This document shows positions 48,412-58,929 of a stretch of DNA of 64,000 bases, piece by piece. Each line of letters opens with the position of its first letter. Within the stretch, counting starts at the first letter, position 1. This stretch comes from Terriglobia bacterium. GTDB taxonomy: Bacteria; Acidobacteriota; Terriglobia; Acidiferrales; UBA7541. The position numbers and the translations under genes were made by a program. The stretch lies in the NCBI GenBank assembly GCA_963695545.1, contig OY968796.1, positions 1 to 64,000 on the forward strand. Reading direction: 5' to 3'. Under the pieces are notes generated by a model, which worked only from the letters and a program-made list of their open reading frames with translations, did not search any database and was not told where the DNA came from.

Positions 48412-48789
48412 ATGAATCACCGCCCCACTCGAGGGATCGCCGTCGCCGCCGTGCTCATGATTCTTTTTGGCCTGGCGGAGGTGGCAACGAGCTTCACCCA
48501 CAAATTCTTCGGCATCGCAACCACCGCCGCCTCCCCCGGCACGTACATCGCCGCCACCATCGGTGTTCTGTACACCTTGAGCGGATTGCTCGTGCTCACG
48601 ATGAAAAAGTGGGCCGCGGCGCTTGCGATCGTTTTCCTGCTCACCGACATCGCCGGACGCGCCGCTCTTGTCGGGGCCAGCTTCTATCCCACCAATTCTT
48701 TCCGGCAAATCTTCGCCATCATCACTGGCACGGTCGTCGTGGCCCTGTTTGCCATCTACATTGGCTCGAATTGGAAATCTTTCAACTGA
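48412..48789 (+). CDS. Four-TM membrane protein
   Basis: Hydrophobic ORF with RBS. Confidence 0.7.
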   Translation: MNHRPTRGIAVAAVLMILFGLAEVATSFTHKFFGIATTAASPGTYIAATIGVLYTLSGLLVLTMKKWAAALAIVFLLTDIAGRAALVGASFYPTNSFRQIFAIITGTVVVALFAIYIGSNWKSFN

Positions 48790-48818
48790 AACGCGAGATG
48801 GCGCCGTTCTTTTGCCGC

Positions 48819-48868
48819 GCCTGCCCACCGCGTGCCTGCCCGCGTGCCTGCCGGCAGGCAGGGCAGGC
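48819..48868. repeat. REP-like GCCTGCC/GGCAGG nested palindrome
   Basis: Three GCCTGCC followed by GGCAGGCAGGGCAGGC. Confidence 0.55.
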
Positions 48869-48916
48869 TTTTCCGCCACCTTGAATTGTCGTATGCTATG
48901 TTCACTCGCGAACAGT

Positions 48917-48993
48917 GGTGAGCGTAGCTCAGCCGGTAGAGCATCGGTCTGTGGCACCGAGGGTCGTGGGTTCAAATCCCATCGCTCACCCCA
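48917..48993 (+). tRNA. tRNA-His (GTG)
   Basis: G-1:C73, GTGAGCG/CGCTCAC acceptor stem, anticodon GTG, CCA. Confidence 0.97.
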
Positions 48994-49167
48994 ACCAATC
49001 GATCGAATACACCCCCCAACGGGACCAGATTTGGCCGCATTCCCTGATTTCGGCCGGGCGTGCTCGATTCAGGTCCTTGCTCGAAAAGGAAAATCCGGGA
49101 GCGGTGAGCCGTGATGGTAGGCTGTGGCTCAAAAACGAGAACTACCTAACCTCAAGGAGACGCACTT

Positions 49168-50286
49168 GTGCAAAGAATAGAGGGTTTTCCAAACAGAAGA
49201 GCGTTCCTTAAGTCGGCTGCCATGGCCGCAGGCGCGTGCGCGTTTTCACGAATTGGCATGGCGGGAGACCAAACGAATCCAGCGGTCTCTCTGTTCGATG
49301 GCAAGACGCTCGATGGATGGATCGACGCCGAAAATAGCGCATGGGCATTCGCAAGCGGCGACATAATTGATCTCGCGGATTTTGCGAAGACGCTTGCCGA
49401 CAAATCATACGCGGTGGCCGCACTTCTGAGCACCCAACTGGATGACACTGCGAAGACCGCACTCGCGCCGTATTCGATGCCGGATGCGGCGAGTTCTGCC
49501 GGCGTGGCGGCCTCGGCCGGCGCGACCGACGCGGATGAAAAAGCAGCTAAGTCGGCCCTCGTCAAGAACCTCAACAAAATTATTTCCGGATCGTTGATCT
49601 ACGACAAATCCCGTTTTCAGGGCGTCGAGCTGCGGCCCGAAACGCAGGCACTTCTCAACCGGAACCCGCAGGGCCGAGTCCTCGTGCATCTCAACAAACT
49701 TCTGGTTCAGGATGCCTTCCCATCGGAACTAGCCCAAAACCCTTCGGCGGGTTGGGCTGTTAAGGACGGCGCAATCGCGAGCACTGGCGCGGGACGCAGT
49801 GTGCTTTACACCGCCGAGGATTACGCCCGCTTTCGTTTGACGTTTACCATGAGGCATGTTTCGGGGAGCCCGGATCACGCCGCATGCGTTCTCATCTTCT
49901 GCACGCGTCCGGGGCCCGTCGAAATTCCTCTCGACGCTTTGGGCGGCATTCAGTTCCAGGTGCCGAACGGCGGGCACTGGGACTATCGGCCGGGCCACAA
50001 CGACGCTGGCGCGGATTTCACCACCGTGCTCAAACCGCAATTCGATCCTCATGAATGGAGCCGCATCGAAATCCTGGCGGATTCTGCGACGGGGTCGGCT
50101 CGCATGGCCGTCGCGCAACCGTTGGGTAACGCTGCCGTGGAGATCCTTGATTTCAAGAATCCCGCTGCCGGCAAGGTCGGCCCAATCGCGTTGCAAATGC
50201 ACAACGCCGGCCTTTTTGATGAGTACAAGGATCTCGTGATCGAGACGAATCCAAAAAGCGACGATCTCTTACAGGGAGGAATTTGA
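49168..50286 (+). CDS. Tat-exported DUF1080 (3-keto-disaccharide hydrolase-like) protein
   Basis: NRRAFLK, LFDGKTLDGW, WAVKDG, GPIALQMH. Confidence 0.75.
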   Translation: MQRIEGFPNRRAFLKSAAMAAGACAFSRIGMAGDQTNPAVSLFDGKTLDGWIDAENSAWAFASGDIIDLADFAKTLADKSYAVAALLSTQLDDTAKTALAPYSMPDAASSAGVAASAGATDADEKAAKSALVKNLNKIISGSLIYDKSRFQGVELRPETQALLNRNPQGRVLVHLNKLLVQDAFPSELAQNPSAGWAVKDGAIASTGAGRSVLYTAEDYARFRLTFTMRHVSGSPDHAACVLIFCTRPGPVEIPLDALGGIQFQVPNGGHWDYRPGHNDAGADFTTVLKPQFDPHEWSRIEILADSATGSARMAVAQPLGNAAVEILDFKNPAAGKVGPIALQMHNAGLFDEYKDLVIETNPKSDDLLQGGI

Positions 50287-52004
50287 TGCCAGGTGAATTT
50301 GACACTGAGACGGGCAACCAGGAATCGCAAAATACGCCAGCTCTAACCACAGGATCCGCCGGCTTCGAATCGTCTTCGGCGGATGCTTTAGACCGGCGCG
50401 GACTGATCAAGGCCGTCGGCGGCGGAATTCTCGGCGCGTTCGCTGCAACAGAAGCCGTGGCGCGGCCATCCCTCGCGGCGGCAGATCGAGATACCGGTGA
50501 ACGCGCGCGCATGAAACCTGCCGCGGCTCCAGTCGGGCTCGCCGGCGTGTACAACGTGAAGGATTTTGGCGCAACCGGCGACGGGAAAACGATCGACTCC
50601 GACTCGATCAACAAAGCGATCGAAGCCGCATCGGCGGCAGGCGGCGGCACCGTGCGCTTCCCTGCCGGTACTTACGCCTCGTATTCGGTTCGCTTGAAAA
50701 GCAACATCACCCTCGAGCTTGCCGCGGGCTCGACGCTGCTCGCGGCGGGCACGGTGACCGCGGGCGGCAGTTCCTACGACGCGGCCGAACCGAACACGCA
50801 GTGGGAAGCCTATCAGGACTACGGTCACAATCATTTTCACAACAGCTTGATTTGGGGCGAAGGCCTCGAAAATGTTTCGATCGTCGGACCGGGACTCATT
50901 CACGGATTGGGCCTGAGCCGCGGCAAGGACGCGGAGCTGCCCGGCGTCGGCAATAAATCCATCGCGCTAAAGCTCAGCCGCAACGTCACCCTGCGCGATT
51001 TTTCCATTTTGCAGGGCGGACATTTTGGGATTTTGGCCACCGGCGTGGACAACCTGACGATCGACAATCTGCGCATCGATACCAATCGCGATGGCATGGA
51101 CATCGATTGCTGCAACAATGTGCGCATCTCGAATTGCACCGTCAATTCGCCGTGGGACGACGCCATCGTGCTCAAAAGTTCCTAGGCGCTCGGCGAAGCG
51201 CGCTCCACCGATAATTGCACGATCACCAACTGCTTCGTGACCGGCGGATACGAGCTCGGCACCGTGCTCGACGCAACCTGGAAGCCCTTCACCGCCACGC
51301 TGCCCAATCCGATCACCGGGCGCATCAAGTGCGGCACGGAATCGAACGGCGGCTTCCGCAATATCACGGTGTCGAACTGTGTTTTCGACAAGTGCCAGGG
51401 CCTCGCGCTCGAAACCGTCGACGGCGCGATCCTTGAAGACGTCAGCATCACCAACATCACCATGCGCGACGTTTCGAGTTGCCCGATTTTCATTCGCCTC
51501 GGCCGCCGCATGCGCGGTCCGGCGACGCTTGCGATCGGCGTGCTGCGGCGCGTGAACATCAGCAACCTGGTCGTCTCGGGTTCAGCGTCGAAGTTGTGCT
51601 CGATGATCCTCGGTATTCCCGATCACCTGATCGAGGACGTGACGATCAGCAACGTATTCATCCAACACCACGGCGGCGGCACGGCGGACGACGCGGCGTT
51701 TGTGCCCGCTGAAGACGAAGACGTTTACCCCGAGCCGCGGCGCTTTCTGCGCATGCCCGCGAATGGCTTCTACATTCGCCACGTCAAAAACATCGAGTTG
51801 CGCGACGTCCAAATTCAGGCGCTTGCGCCCGACGCGCGGCCCACGTTCGGCCTGACGGCCGTAGACGGTGCAGAATTCTTCAACGTGCGCGGCCCGAAAG
51901 ATGTGCCGCTTTTCTCTCTGCACAATGTCGAGCATTTCAGCGTCGTGCAGAGCAAGCAGGTTGACGACACCGAGATCGACGAGGTCGACCGCCAAACACT
52001 CTAG
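50283..52004 (+). pseudogene. GH28/pectate-lyase-fold glycoside hydrolase interrupted by an in-frame TAG at 51183-51185
   Basis: Tat motif, NVKDFGATGDG, TNRDGMDID, WDDAIVLKSS*ALG, RIKCGTESNGG, all in one frame. Confidence 0.85.
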
Positions 52005-52195
52005 TGTTTCCGGCCGCCCGCGCCGCTCGGTCAATTGCTGGATGCTGAATCTGCGCTAACGCGTTTCGTCTTGCGCATCGACTTCCATATAATCCAAGCG
52101 AGCGATCGGATTCGTCGCGGCGTTCCGCAACTACGGGAATTTCGCAGGTTCCCCGGGAACAGTGCCTGCATGACGCGAGAGGCAAGGAAAATCGC

Positions 52196-53905
52196 ATGGG
52201 CGATCTAGACGCTAAGTCGCAGCCTCCAGATGCGGCGGTAATTCGCACCAAACTGTCCGGCTTCGATCTGCTGAACAATCCTCGCCTCAACAAAGGCACG
52301 GCGTTTTCGGAGGAAGAAAGAAATATCTTTGCCCTGCATGGCCTGCTGCCGCCGCATGTGGGAAATCTCGAGGACCAGCTCGAGCGCCGCAAGCAAGCTT
52401 TGGAAAATCAGCAGACCAACTTCGCTAAGTACGGCGTGATGCGCGACCTGCAGGACTCAAACGAAACTTTGTTCTATGCGCTGATCACCAAGAATATCGA
52501 AGCGCTGCTGCCGATCGTCTACACGCCGACGGTCGGCGAGGGCTGCCAGCGCTTTAGCGAAATCTGGCACAAGCCCCGAGGACTTTTTCTCAGCTATCCC
52601 AATCGCGGGCGCATCGCGCAGATCCTTTCCAACTCTCGATATGACCGCGTCCGCTGCATCGTGGTCAGCGACGGCGAGCGAATCCTCGGCCTCGGCGATC
52701 AAGGCGCCGGCGGCATGGGCATTCCCATCGGCAAAATGGCGCTCTACACCGCTCTCGGCAGCATTCACCCCGAGCAATGCCTGCCTGTGCTGCTCGACGT
52801 GGGCACCGATAATGAAAGCCGCCTCGGCGAACCAATCTACGTCGGATGGAAAAATAAGCGCGTGCGTGGCCAGGAGTACGACGACTTCGTCGACGCTTTC
52901 GTCTCCGCCGTGAAACACCGCTGGCCGCACGTCCTTCTGCAATGGGAAGATTTCGCCGGCGCGAATGCCGCGCGCCTGCTCGCGCGCTATCGCGACCAGC
53001 TCTGCACGTTCAACGACGATATCCAGGGAACCGCCGCCGTGGCCACCGCGACCGTCCTCGCGGCCGTCAACGTCACCGGAATTCCGCTAACGCGCCAAAA
53101 AATTGTTCTGCTCGGCTTTGGCTCCGCAGGAATCGGCATCGCGAACCTGCTGCTTGCGGCCATGAAAGACGCCGGCCTGAGCGACGACGAAGCGCGCAAC
53201 CTTTTCTATGCCATCGATCGCGATGGCTTGCTCGTCGAAGGCGCGAAGGATATTCGCCCCGACCAGCAAGCATTCGTGCGCAAGCGCGCGGACATTTCCG
53301 CGTGGAAACTCTCCGGCACAAACGAGATCGGTCTGCTTGACGTCGTGCGCAACGTCCAGCCCACCGTGCTCATCGGCGTGTCCGGCCAGCCCGGCGCGTT
53401 CAGCGAAGAAGCCATTCGTGAAATGGCCAAAAACGTCGATCGTCCCGCCATCTTCCCGCTATCCAACCCAACTTCGCGCAGCGAAGCCACCCCCGAGCAA
53501 ATCCTCGCGTGGACCAGCGGCCGCGCTCTCATCGGCACCGGCAGCCCGTTCCCGCCCGTGCAGCTCGACGGAAAAACATTCCGCACCGATCAGACCAACA
53601 ACTCCTATATTTTCCCCGGCCTCGCGTTGGGAATCATCGCATCCAAAGCACGCCGAGTATCCGACGCCATGATCATGACCGCCGCAAAAACTCTGGCCGA
53701 ATTGTCGCCCACTCGAAAAGATAAGACTGCGAGTCTTCTGCCCCCGATCTCGGAGTCTAGAAAGATTGCGTTGTTAGTAGCGGAGGGTGTCGCGCATCGC
53801 GCCATAAAAGATGGCCTCGCCGGCGTTCCCGATCACAAAGCATTCAAAGATGAGCTGAGCGCCACCGTCTGGGATCCCGTCTACGTCCCCTACGAACGGC
53901 TGTAG
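52196..53905 (+). CDS. maeA: NAD-dependent malic enzyme
   Basis: VYTPTVG, DGERILGLGD, FNDDIQGT, PLSNPT. Confidence 0.95.
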   Translation: MGDLDAKSQPPDAAVIRTKLSGFDLLNNPRLNKGTAFSEEERNIFALHGLLPPHVGNLEDQLERRKQALENQQTNFAKYGVMRDLQDSNETLFYALITKNIEALLPIVYTPTVGEGCQRFSEIWHKPRGLFLSYPNRGRIAQILSNSRYDRVRCIVVSDGERILGLGDQGAGGMGIPIGKMALYTALGSIHPEQCLPVLLDVGTDNESRLGEPIYVGWKNKRVRGQEYDDFVDAFVSAVKHRWPHVLLQWEDFAGANAARLLARYRDQLCTFNDDIQGTAAVATATVLAAVNVTGIPLTRQKIVLLGFGSAGIGIANLLLAAMKDAGLSDDEARNLFYAIDRDGLLVEGAKDIRPDQQAFVRKRADISAWKLSGTNEIGLLDVVRNVQPTVLIGVSGQPGAFSEEAIREMAKNVDRPAIFPLSNPTSRSEATPEQILAWTSGRALIGTGSPFPPVQLDGKTFRTDQTNNSYIFPGLALGIIASKARRVSDAMIMTAAKTLAELSPTRKDKTASLLPPISESRKIALLVAEGVAHRAIKDGLAGVPDHKAFKDELSATVWDPVYVPYERL

Positions 53906-53994
53906 CAATCCGCGAGAATCAATCGCCAAGCCTGCCCCGGCCCTTGACGTCTGTACCTATTGTAATTTAACGGACAACAGTATAGACTGATGCC

Positions 53995-54273
53995 GTGATT
54001 AAGTCGTTTCGCGCCAAGGATACGGAGAGTCTTCACAAGCGCGAATCTGTCAAGCGGTTCAGGAGCATCGAGCGCGTGGCGCTCCGAAAGTTGCGTCAGT
54101 TGGACGCGGCGAAACTCTTGACCGACCTGGCGTCGCCGCCCGGCAACCATCTCGAAGCGTTGAGGGGAGACCGAACAGGTCAGCACAGCATCCGCATCAA
54201 CCAGCAGTGGCGCATTTGCTTCACCTGGATCAACGGCGATGCGTTCAACGTCGAGATCGTGGATTATCACTAG
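53995..54273 (+). CDS. higB: HigB toxin
   Basis: PPGNHLEALRGDRTGQHSIRINQQWRICF..EIVDYH. Confidence 0.95.
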   Translation: MIKSFRAKDTESLHKRESVKRFRSIERVALRKLRQLDAAKLLTDLASPPGNHLEALRGDRTGQHSIRINQQWRICFTWINGDAFNVEIVDYH

Positions 54274-54283
54274 GGAGACAGCC

Positions 54284-54589
54284 ATGCCAAAGAAACTAAA
54301 ACCCGTGCATCCGGGCGAGATCTTGATGGAAGACTTTATGAAGCCTCACAAACTGAGCATGAACCGCCTCGCCCTCGACTTGCGCGTGCCGGTCACGCGC
54401 ATCGCGGACATCGTGGCCGCGCGCCGCGGGATATCCGCGGACACCGCGTTGCGCTTCGCCCGGTATTTCAAGACCACACCCGAGTTCTGGGTCAACTTGC
54501 AAACGCGCTATGACCTCGACGTCGCCGAGGATGAGAAACTCGCCGAAATCGAACGCGACGTGCGTCCGCTCGAAGCGGCGGCGCATTAG
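54284..54589 (+). CDS. higA: HigA antitoxin
   Basis: PVHPGEILMEDF..DTALRFARYF..FWVNLQ. Confidence 0.95.
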   Translation: MPKKLKPVHPGEILMEDFMKPHKLSMNRLALDLRVPVTRIADIVAARRGISADTALRFARYFKTTPEFWVNLQTRYDLDVAEDEKLAEIERDVRPLEAAAH

Positions 54590-54759
54590 AAACACAAGCC
54601 TGCGTTAGCAGGCCGTCCCGCCGCAGAATCGAGAGTCGCCCATCGTTTGCCCGCCAGATGGCACGCCGGCGAGGCGGTCCGTTTTCTAAAATCCCGGCGC
54701 GTCTTCCACAATTCGAATGAATTTCCACAGCGACTTATTCGAATACTCGATTTATAAAC

Positions 54760-54789
54760 TTGACCAGTCAGTTACCAACGTGCTATACT
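54760..54789 (+). promoter_or_regulatory. Sigma70-like promoter upstream of repeat B
   Basis: TTGACC-18-TATACT with an extended -10 TG. Confidence 0.55.
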
Positions 54790-54876
54790 CCGCGCTTGAA
54801 TCGCAAACGCCCATCTTCGCCGCACACATCTCGACCGTCGCCAGCGATCGTGTGCCGCGCTCATCTGCAGGAAAGT

Positions 54877-55036
54877 GCCCCTCCAAGCCATTTATTTTCA
54901 GTTCTTTGCAAAAGAGTGCGCATTTCATTGAAACAACAAGATTTCAAGTACCTTTGTCTTCACACTCATCCGCACTCTTCTGCTGGAAGTCCTTTGTTTA
55001 CAGCTCTTTCGCAAAACATACCGGGGGTGTATATAC
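54877..55036 (+). repeat. Dispersed ~160-bp AT-rich palindromic repeat, copy B
   Basis: Shares TTGCAAAAGAGTGCGCA, TTCACACTCATCCGCACTCTT and TGTATATAC with copy A. Confidence 0.85.
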
Positions 55037-55212
55037 TCTCGTTTTCCCGCCGGCCCCAAACGTCGTCTCCGGTTCGGTCCAGACTTGTCGCCCAGCGGCA
55101 CCGCGGCCGCGCGCCAATCCCCGGAACCCGCATGCCATCAATCCTTTACGGTGCGCCACCCCGGGCAAAACTTTTTCTTTGCAACGCTTCGCCAAATTTA
55201 GGAAACTGCTGA

Positions 55213-58200
55213 ATGGCTCAAACCGCCCATAGCCGGATTCCGGACGCGCCGCGCGAAAACAAACCCGCGCCAGTGGCTTCAACGTCCGAGGTTGTGCGCT
55301 ACATCGAGCTGAAACTCGCCGCGCTCGGCCAGCCCTCGAGCCTTTCCGCCGACAGCGATTTCCTCGATCTAGCGCGCCCTCTGCTTCGCAATTATCACCA
55401 GAAAGATTTGATGCTCGGCGAGCACCTCTGCCCCGCCGACCAGCGCATTCAGGCTTTTCTCGACGATTATCTCAGCGCGGAACGTCCGCGCGGAGCCGCG
55501 CGGCTGCCCAACAGTTCATTCGTTCTCGACCGGCCAGGCCTCGCGCGCGTAATGTCGCTGCCGCACGGCGGAGAACATTTTTCCTCGCCCTACCTTCAGT
55601 CCTATCGCGTGCCGCAAGGCATTCTGCACAATCCGAAAAGCGATCGCCGCACCACGCAGGGCATTTTTCACATTGTCGAAGGCGGCCTGCCCATTCCCGC
55701 CGACAAAATCGCCGTGCCCAGGAAAACTTTCGCTGCGCTGCTTGAAGCCGCGCTCAAACCGCCCGAAAGCGTGATGGTGCTTCCCTTCGCGGCAAATCAA
55801 ACCGAACAGGTTCGCTTGTTCGTTTCGCTGCTGCTGCGTCCGCTCGTTTGCCCGGCCACCGGACGCGATCCTGAAAAATCCATGGAGATCCGTTTCTTCG
55901 CGCCCGGCAGTCTGGTCAGCAATTTGGATTTCGTCGAAGGCATTTTCGGCAATGCCGGCGACCCCTACCTTCCCGAAAACGACGCCGCGCTCGACGTCAT
56001 GCACTGGACCGGAAACACCGGCTGCGTGATTCTCGCGCCGCATCTTGCCGGAATCCTCAAGAAAGACCTCGGCCTGCCGCACGAAAGCGACGCGACCGAG
56101 CGCCAGCGCCGCGACGGAATGTTCTGGCGCGATCCGCACGAGCCATATAACGGTGGCGGCGCGTTCAAGGTCGCCTGCCGCGATTCGCGCGGCGTGATGG
56201 TCACCATCATCGCCGACAATTATTACGGTTACTGCAAGAAGGAAGTTAAAACGCAGATCAGTTTCGCCGCCAATCTCTATGGCCTGGCCGAGGAAGAACA
56301 CGCCGGCGGCGCCATCGCCTTCGCAACCTATGTGCTCGGCCAAGACTTCCACGCCGGCCGCACCGTGAGCTTGAAAAAAGCCGCGTTCGCCGATGCCATG
56401 CGCTTGCTCGGACCGATGGTGGAACAAAAACCCGAAGGGTACGCCGTCGATCGCCGCTACCCAAACATCATCTATGTTCCCGAAGACGCGCGCTTCAGCG
56501 TGCTCGAAGGCACCATCCGCTGGGGCAGTGGCGGCGCCGAGCGCACTCTTCCCCTGCGGCGCGAAACCACCTACGTGCTTCCCTCCGGTTTTCGCGCGCG
56601 CATGGAAAAACAATCGAACGGCACTGCGTGGAGAATGGTCGGCGCGCGCCCGCGCGGCACGCTGTGCCACAAACCCTGCACGGTTTCCGGCGGCGGCAAA
56701 TCGGAAATCTCAAAGTCCATCGCCAACGTTATTCTCAACGGGCCGGTCTTCGTGCGCGATTATCGCCGCGACATGGATCAAGTCGCGGAAATCCTGGCGA
56801 CCGATTTCTCCAGCGCCTACAAAAACCGCGCGCCCGATGACCGCACCAGGCGCCCGATCTTGAGCCCCGAACGCACGCTCGGCTCCGTGATCCAATTGAT
56901 GACGCCTTCCTCCGAACACACCGACGAACACAATGCCTGGCTCGGCGCGCTGCCGCAAACCATTCGCCAGCTCGTTTACACCGTGAAGCGCTACTACCTC
57001 CCCGAATGGGGCGGCGATTGGCGCAAACATTTCTCGGTCGATCGCGTCAACGGCTTTTGGGGCCACGAATTGAAATTCGATAATCAGCGCCTGGTCAGCA
57101 ATTATCTGCGCGTCGGTTTTGACGAGGACGGCTCCTGGCGCATTTACAAATTGCGCCCCGATTTTTATCCCGCCGACAAAGTGCAGGTCGAAGACGACAT
57201 CACTGCGTCGGTCGTCCTCCCGCGCGAGAGCCTGAACGATCTGGTGAAGGAATCGCCGAATCCCAGCGTCAAGCTGGTGAAAAATTGCGAGACCCTTCTC
57301 TTCCAGCGCCCCGACGACGCCATCCTCCGCGGCGCCGACCGCCAGGCCGAAGCCGATATCGCAAGCGCGGGCACGTTTCTCTCAAACTACGAGCCATTTG
57401 AAATCGAGCAGGCCGCACGCATCGCGAGCCACGTCGCCGAATTCGATAAATACACCGAGCCCATGAAGCATCTGCTCGAGGATTTCGTCGCCGCCGGCGC
57501 GGCGTCTTACATCGTTTCCTCGGCGCATCCGCGCATGGTCAACGGCAAACCTTCCAAGAATCCGCGCTATCTGCAAAAGCGTCCCGATCTTGAAAGCCCG
57601 CGCGAAACCTATCTCGCCGAAATCGCCGCGCGCCTCGAACGCGAAATTCCCGCGGATCGCCCCGTGCATTTTCCCGTCAATGCCGTGCTCGCCGGGCGCC
57701 GCAACAATCCTCCCGATCCCGAAATCGATCTTCCGCCGCTCGCGGTCTACAACCCGATCCATTATCAGGAGCTTCCCGAACTGTTCATGGAGTTCATCTC
57801 CAGCCTCACCGGCAAATCGCCGTCAACCACCGGCTTCGGCAGCGAGGGCGCGCTCACCAAGAGTCCTTTCAACGCGCTCTGGCCCGTGGTGGATTTGAAC
57901 AACGCGCTCGTCGATTACATCCTCACGCAATACGCGGGTTTCACCACTTCGGCCGGCTACGTCGGCCCGCGCGTCCGGGTGGATCACGACGTCAGCATGC
58001 TCGTCCCCGAAATTTGGTGCCGCATGCGCGTGCACGAGCGCGACCCGAAATTCCTAATTGAGAATGGATTGCTCGAACGCGTCGAGGATTTCGAGTTCGC
58101 CGATCGCAAAATCCTGGCCAGCCGCTTGGGTTACCGCATCACTGCTTTGTTCGTGGATCGCTATCTCGGCCGCATTTTTGAAACACCCGATGCCGTCTTC

Positions 58201-58683
58201 ACCGAAGAAATTCTCCGGCCCGAAAAGCAAGGCGTAGATTTGTTCGCCGCCGGAGTGGACGCGATCGTCGAAGCGCAGCAGCGCGTCGCCCTCAATTATT
58301 TCCAGGACGGCAGCGTCGAAGCCGCCTGCCCTCCTCTGAAAGCGCTGCTGCACATCATGGCCCGCGGGAATTACGAAGGGATGGATTTGAGCACGCCGGC
58401 CTTCCGCGCGCTTTTCGATCGCGATGCTCTGCTCGCGAGCGATTGGTATCGCGAGCGCCTCGGCGTGAAACAACGGCGCGATATCGCGCTTTGGAATCGC
58501 CACGTGGCCGCGCTTGAGACATTTCGCCGCGCCGCCGCGACCACAACACATCACGAATTCAGCGTCGAAGAGCGCCTGCAATTCGCGCGCGCCGAACTCG
58601 CCCGCGTCACCTCGCCCGCTTATCTCACCGAATTGCGCGGCACCATCGGCGCCGACCCGTTCCACCTGCAAATCCCGGGCTGA
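55213..58683 (+). CDS. PPi-dependent phosphoenolpyruvate carboxykinase
   Basis: 1156 aa; DRRTTQG, NYYGYCKKEVKTQ, CHKPCTVSGGGKSEISK, GKSPSTTG.GSEGALTK. Confidence 0.85.
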   Translation: MAQTAHSRIPDAPRENKPAPVASTSEVVRYIELKLAALGQPSSLSADSDFLDLARPLLRNYHQKDLMLGEHLCPADQRIQAFLDDYLSAERPRGAARLPNSSFVLDRPGLARVMSLPHGGEHFSSPYLQSYRVPQGILHNPKSDRRTTQGIFHIVEGGLPIPADKIAVPRKTFAALLEAALKPPESVMVLPFAANQTEQVRLFVSLLLRPLVCPATGRDPEKSMEIRFFAPGSLVSNLDFVEGIFGNAGDPYLPENDAALDVMHWTGNTGCVILAPHLAGILKKDLGLPHESDATERQRRDGMFWRDPHEPYNGGGAFKVACRDSRGVMVTIIADNYYGYCKKEVKTQISFAANLYGLAEEEHAGGAIAFATYVLGQDFHAGRTVSLKKAAFADAMRLLGPMVEQKPEGYAVDRRYPNIIYVPEDARFSVLEGTIRWGSGGAERTLPLRRETTYVLPSGFRARMEKQSNGTAWRMVGARPRGTLCHKPCTVSGGGKSEISKSIANVILNGPVFVRDYRRDMDQVAEILATDFSSAYKNRAPDDRTRRPILSPERTLGSVIQLMTPSSEHTDEHNAWLGALPQTIRQLVYTVKRYYLPEWGGDWRKHFSVDRVNGFWGHELKFDNQRLVSNYLRVGFDEDGSWRIYKLRPDFYPADKVQVEDDITASVVLPRESLNDLVKESPNPSVKLVKNCETLLFQRPDDAILRGADRQAEADIASAGTFLSNYEPFEIEQAARIASHVAEFDKYTEPMKHLLEDFVAAGAASYIVSSAHPRMVNGKPSKNPRYLQKRPDLESPRETYLAEIAARLEREIPADRPVHFPVNAVLAGRRNNPPDPEIDLPPLAVYNPIHYQELPELFMEFISSLTGKSPSTTGFGSEGALTKSPFNALWPVVDLNNALVDYILTQYAGFTTSAGYVGPRVRVDHDVSMLVPEIWCRMRVHERDPKFLIENGLLERVEDFEFADRKILASRLGYRITALFVDRYLGRIFETPDAVFTEEILRPEKQGVDLFAAGVDAIVEAQQRVALNYFQDGSVEAACPPLKALLHIMARGNYEGMDLSTPAFRALFDRDALLASDWYRERLGVKQRRDIALWNRHVAALETFRRAAATTTHHEFSVEERLQFARAELARVTSPAYLTELRGTIGADPFHLQIPG

Positions 58684-58712
58684 TCATGTCCGCGCGCCGC
58701 TCCGCCGTCACG

Positions 58713-58871
58713 CTACAAGCGGCCTCGCAGCAAGAAAAACAAAATGATCAGAATGATCACGCTCACGCCGCCGATCGGATAGTAGCCCCAATTCTTGCTG
58801 TGCGGCCAAATCGGGAGCGCGCCGATAGCCGCGATGATCACCGCTATCGTCAACATAAACATCAGTCCCAT
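58713..58871 (-). CDS. DUF3309 family small membrane protein (52 aa, absent from ORF track)
   Basis: GALPIWPHSKNWGYYPIGG; GAGG RBS. Confidence 0.85.
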   Translation of the reverse strand: MGLMFMLTIAVIIAAIGALPIWPHSKNWGYYPIGGVSVIILIILFFLLRGRL

Positions 58872-58929
58872 ATTTGTTTTCCTCGTGTTTCGCGCGCGTC
58901 GCAGCCGATTGTTCGGCGCGAGCGCGAAA

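Noticed and set aside
48917..52004. Island integrated at tRNA-His
   Set aside because: No integrase or duplicated tRNA 3' end seen downstream.
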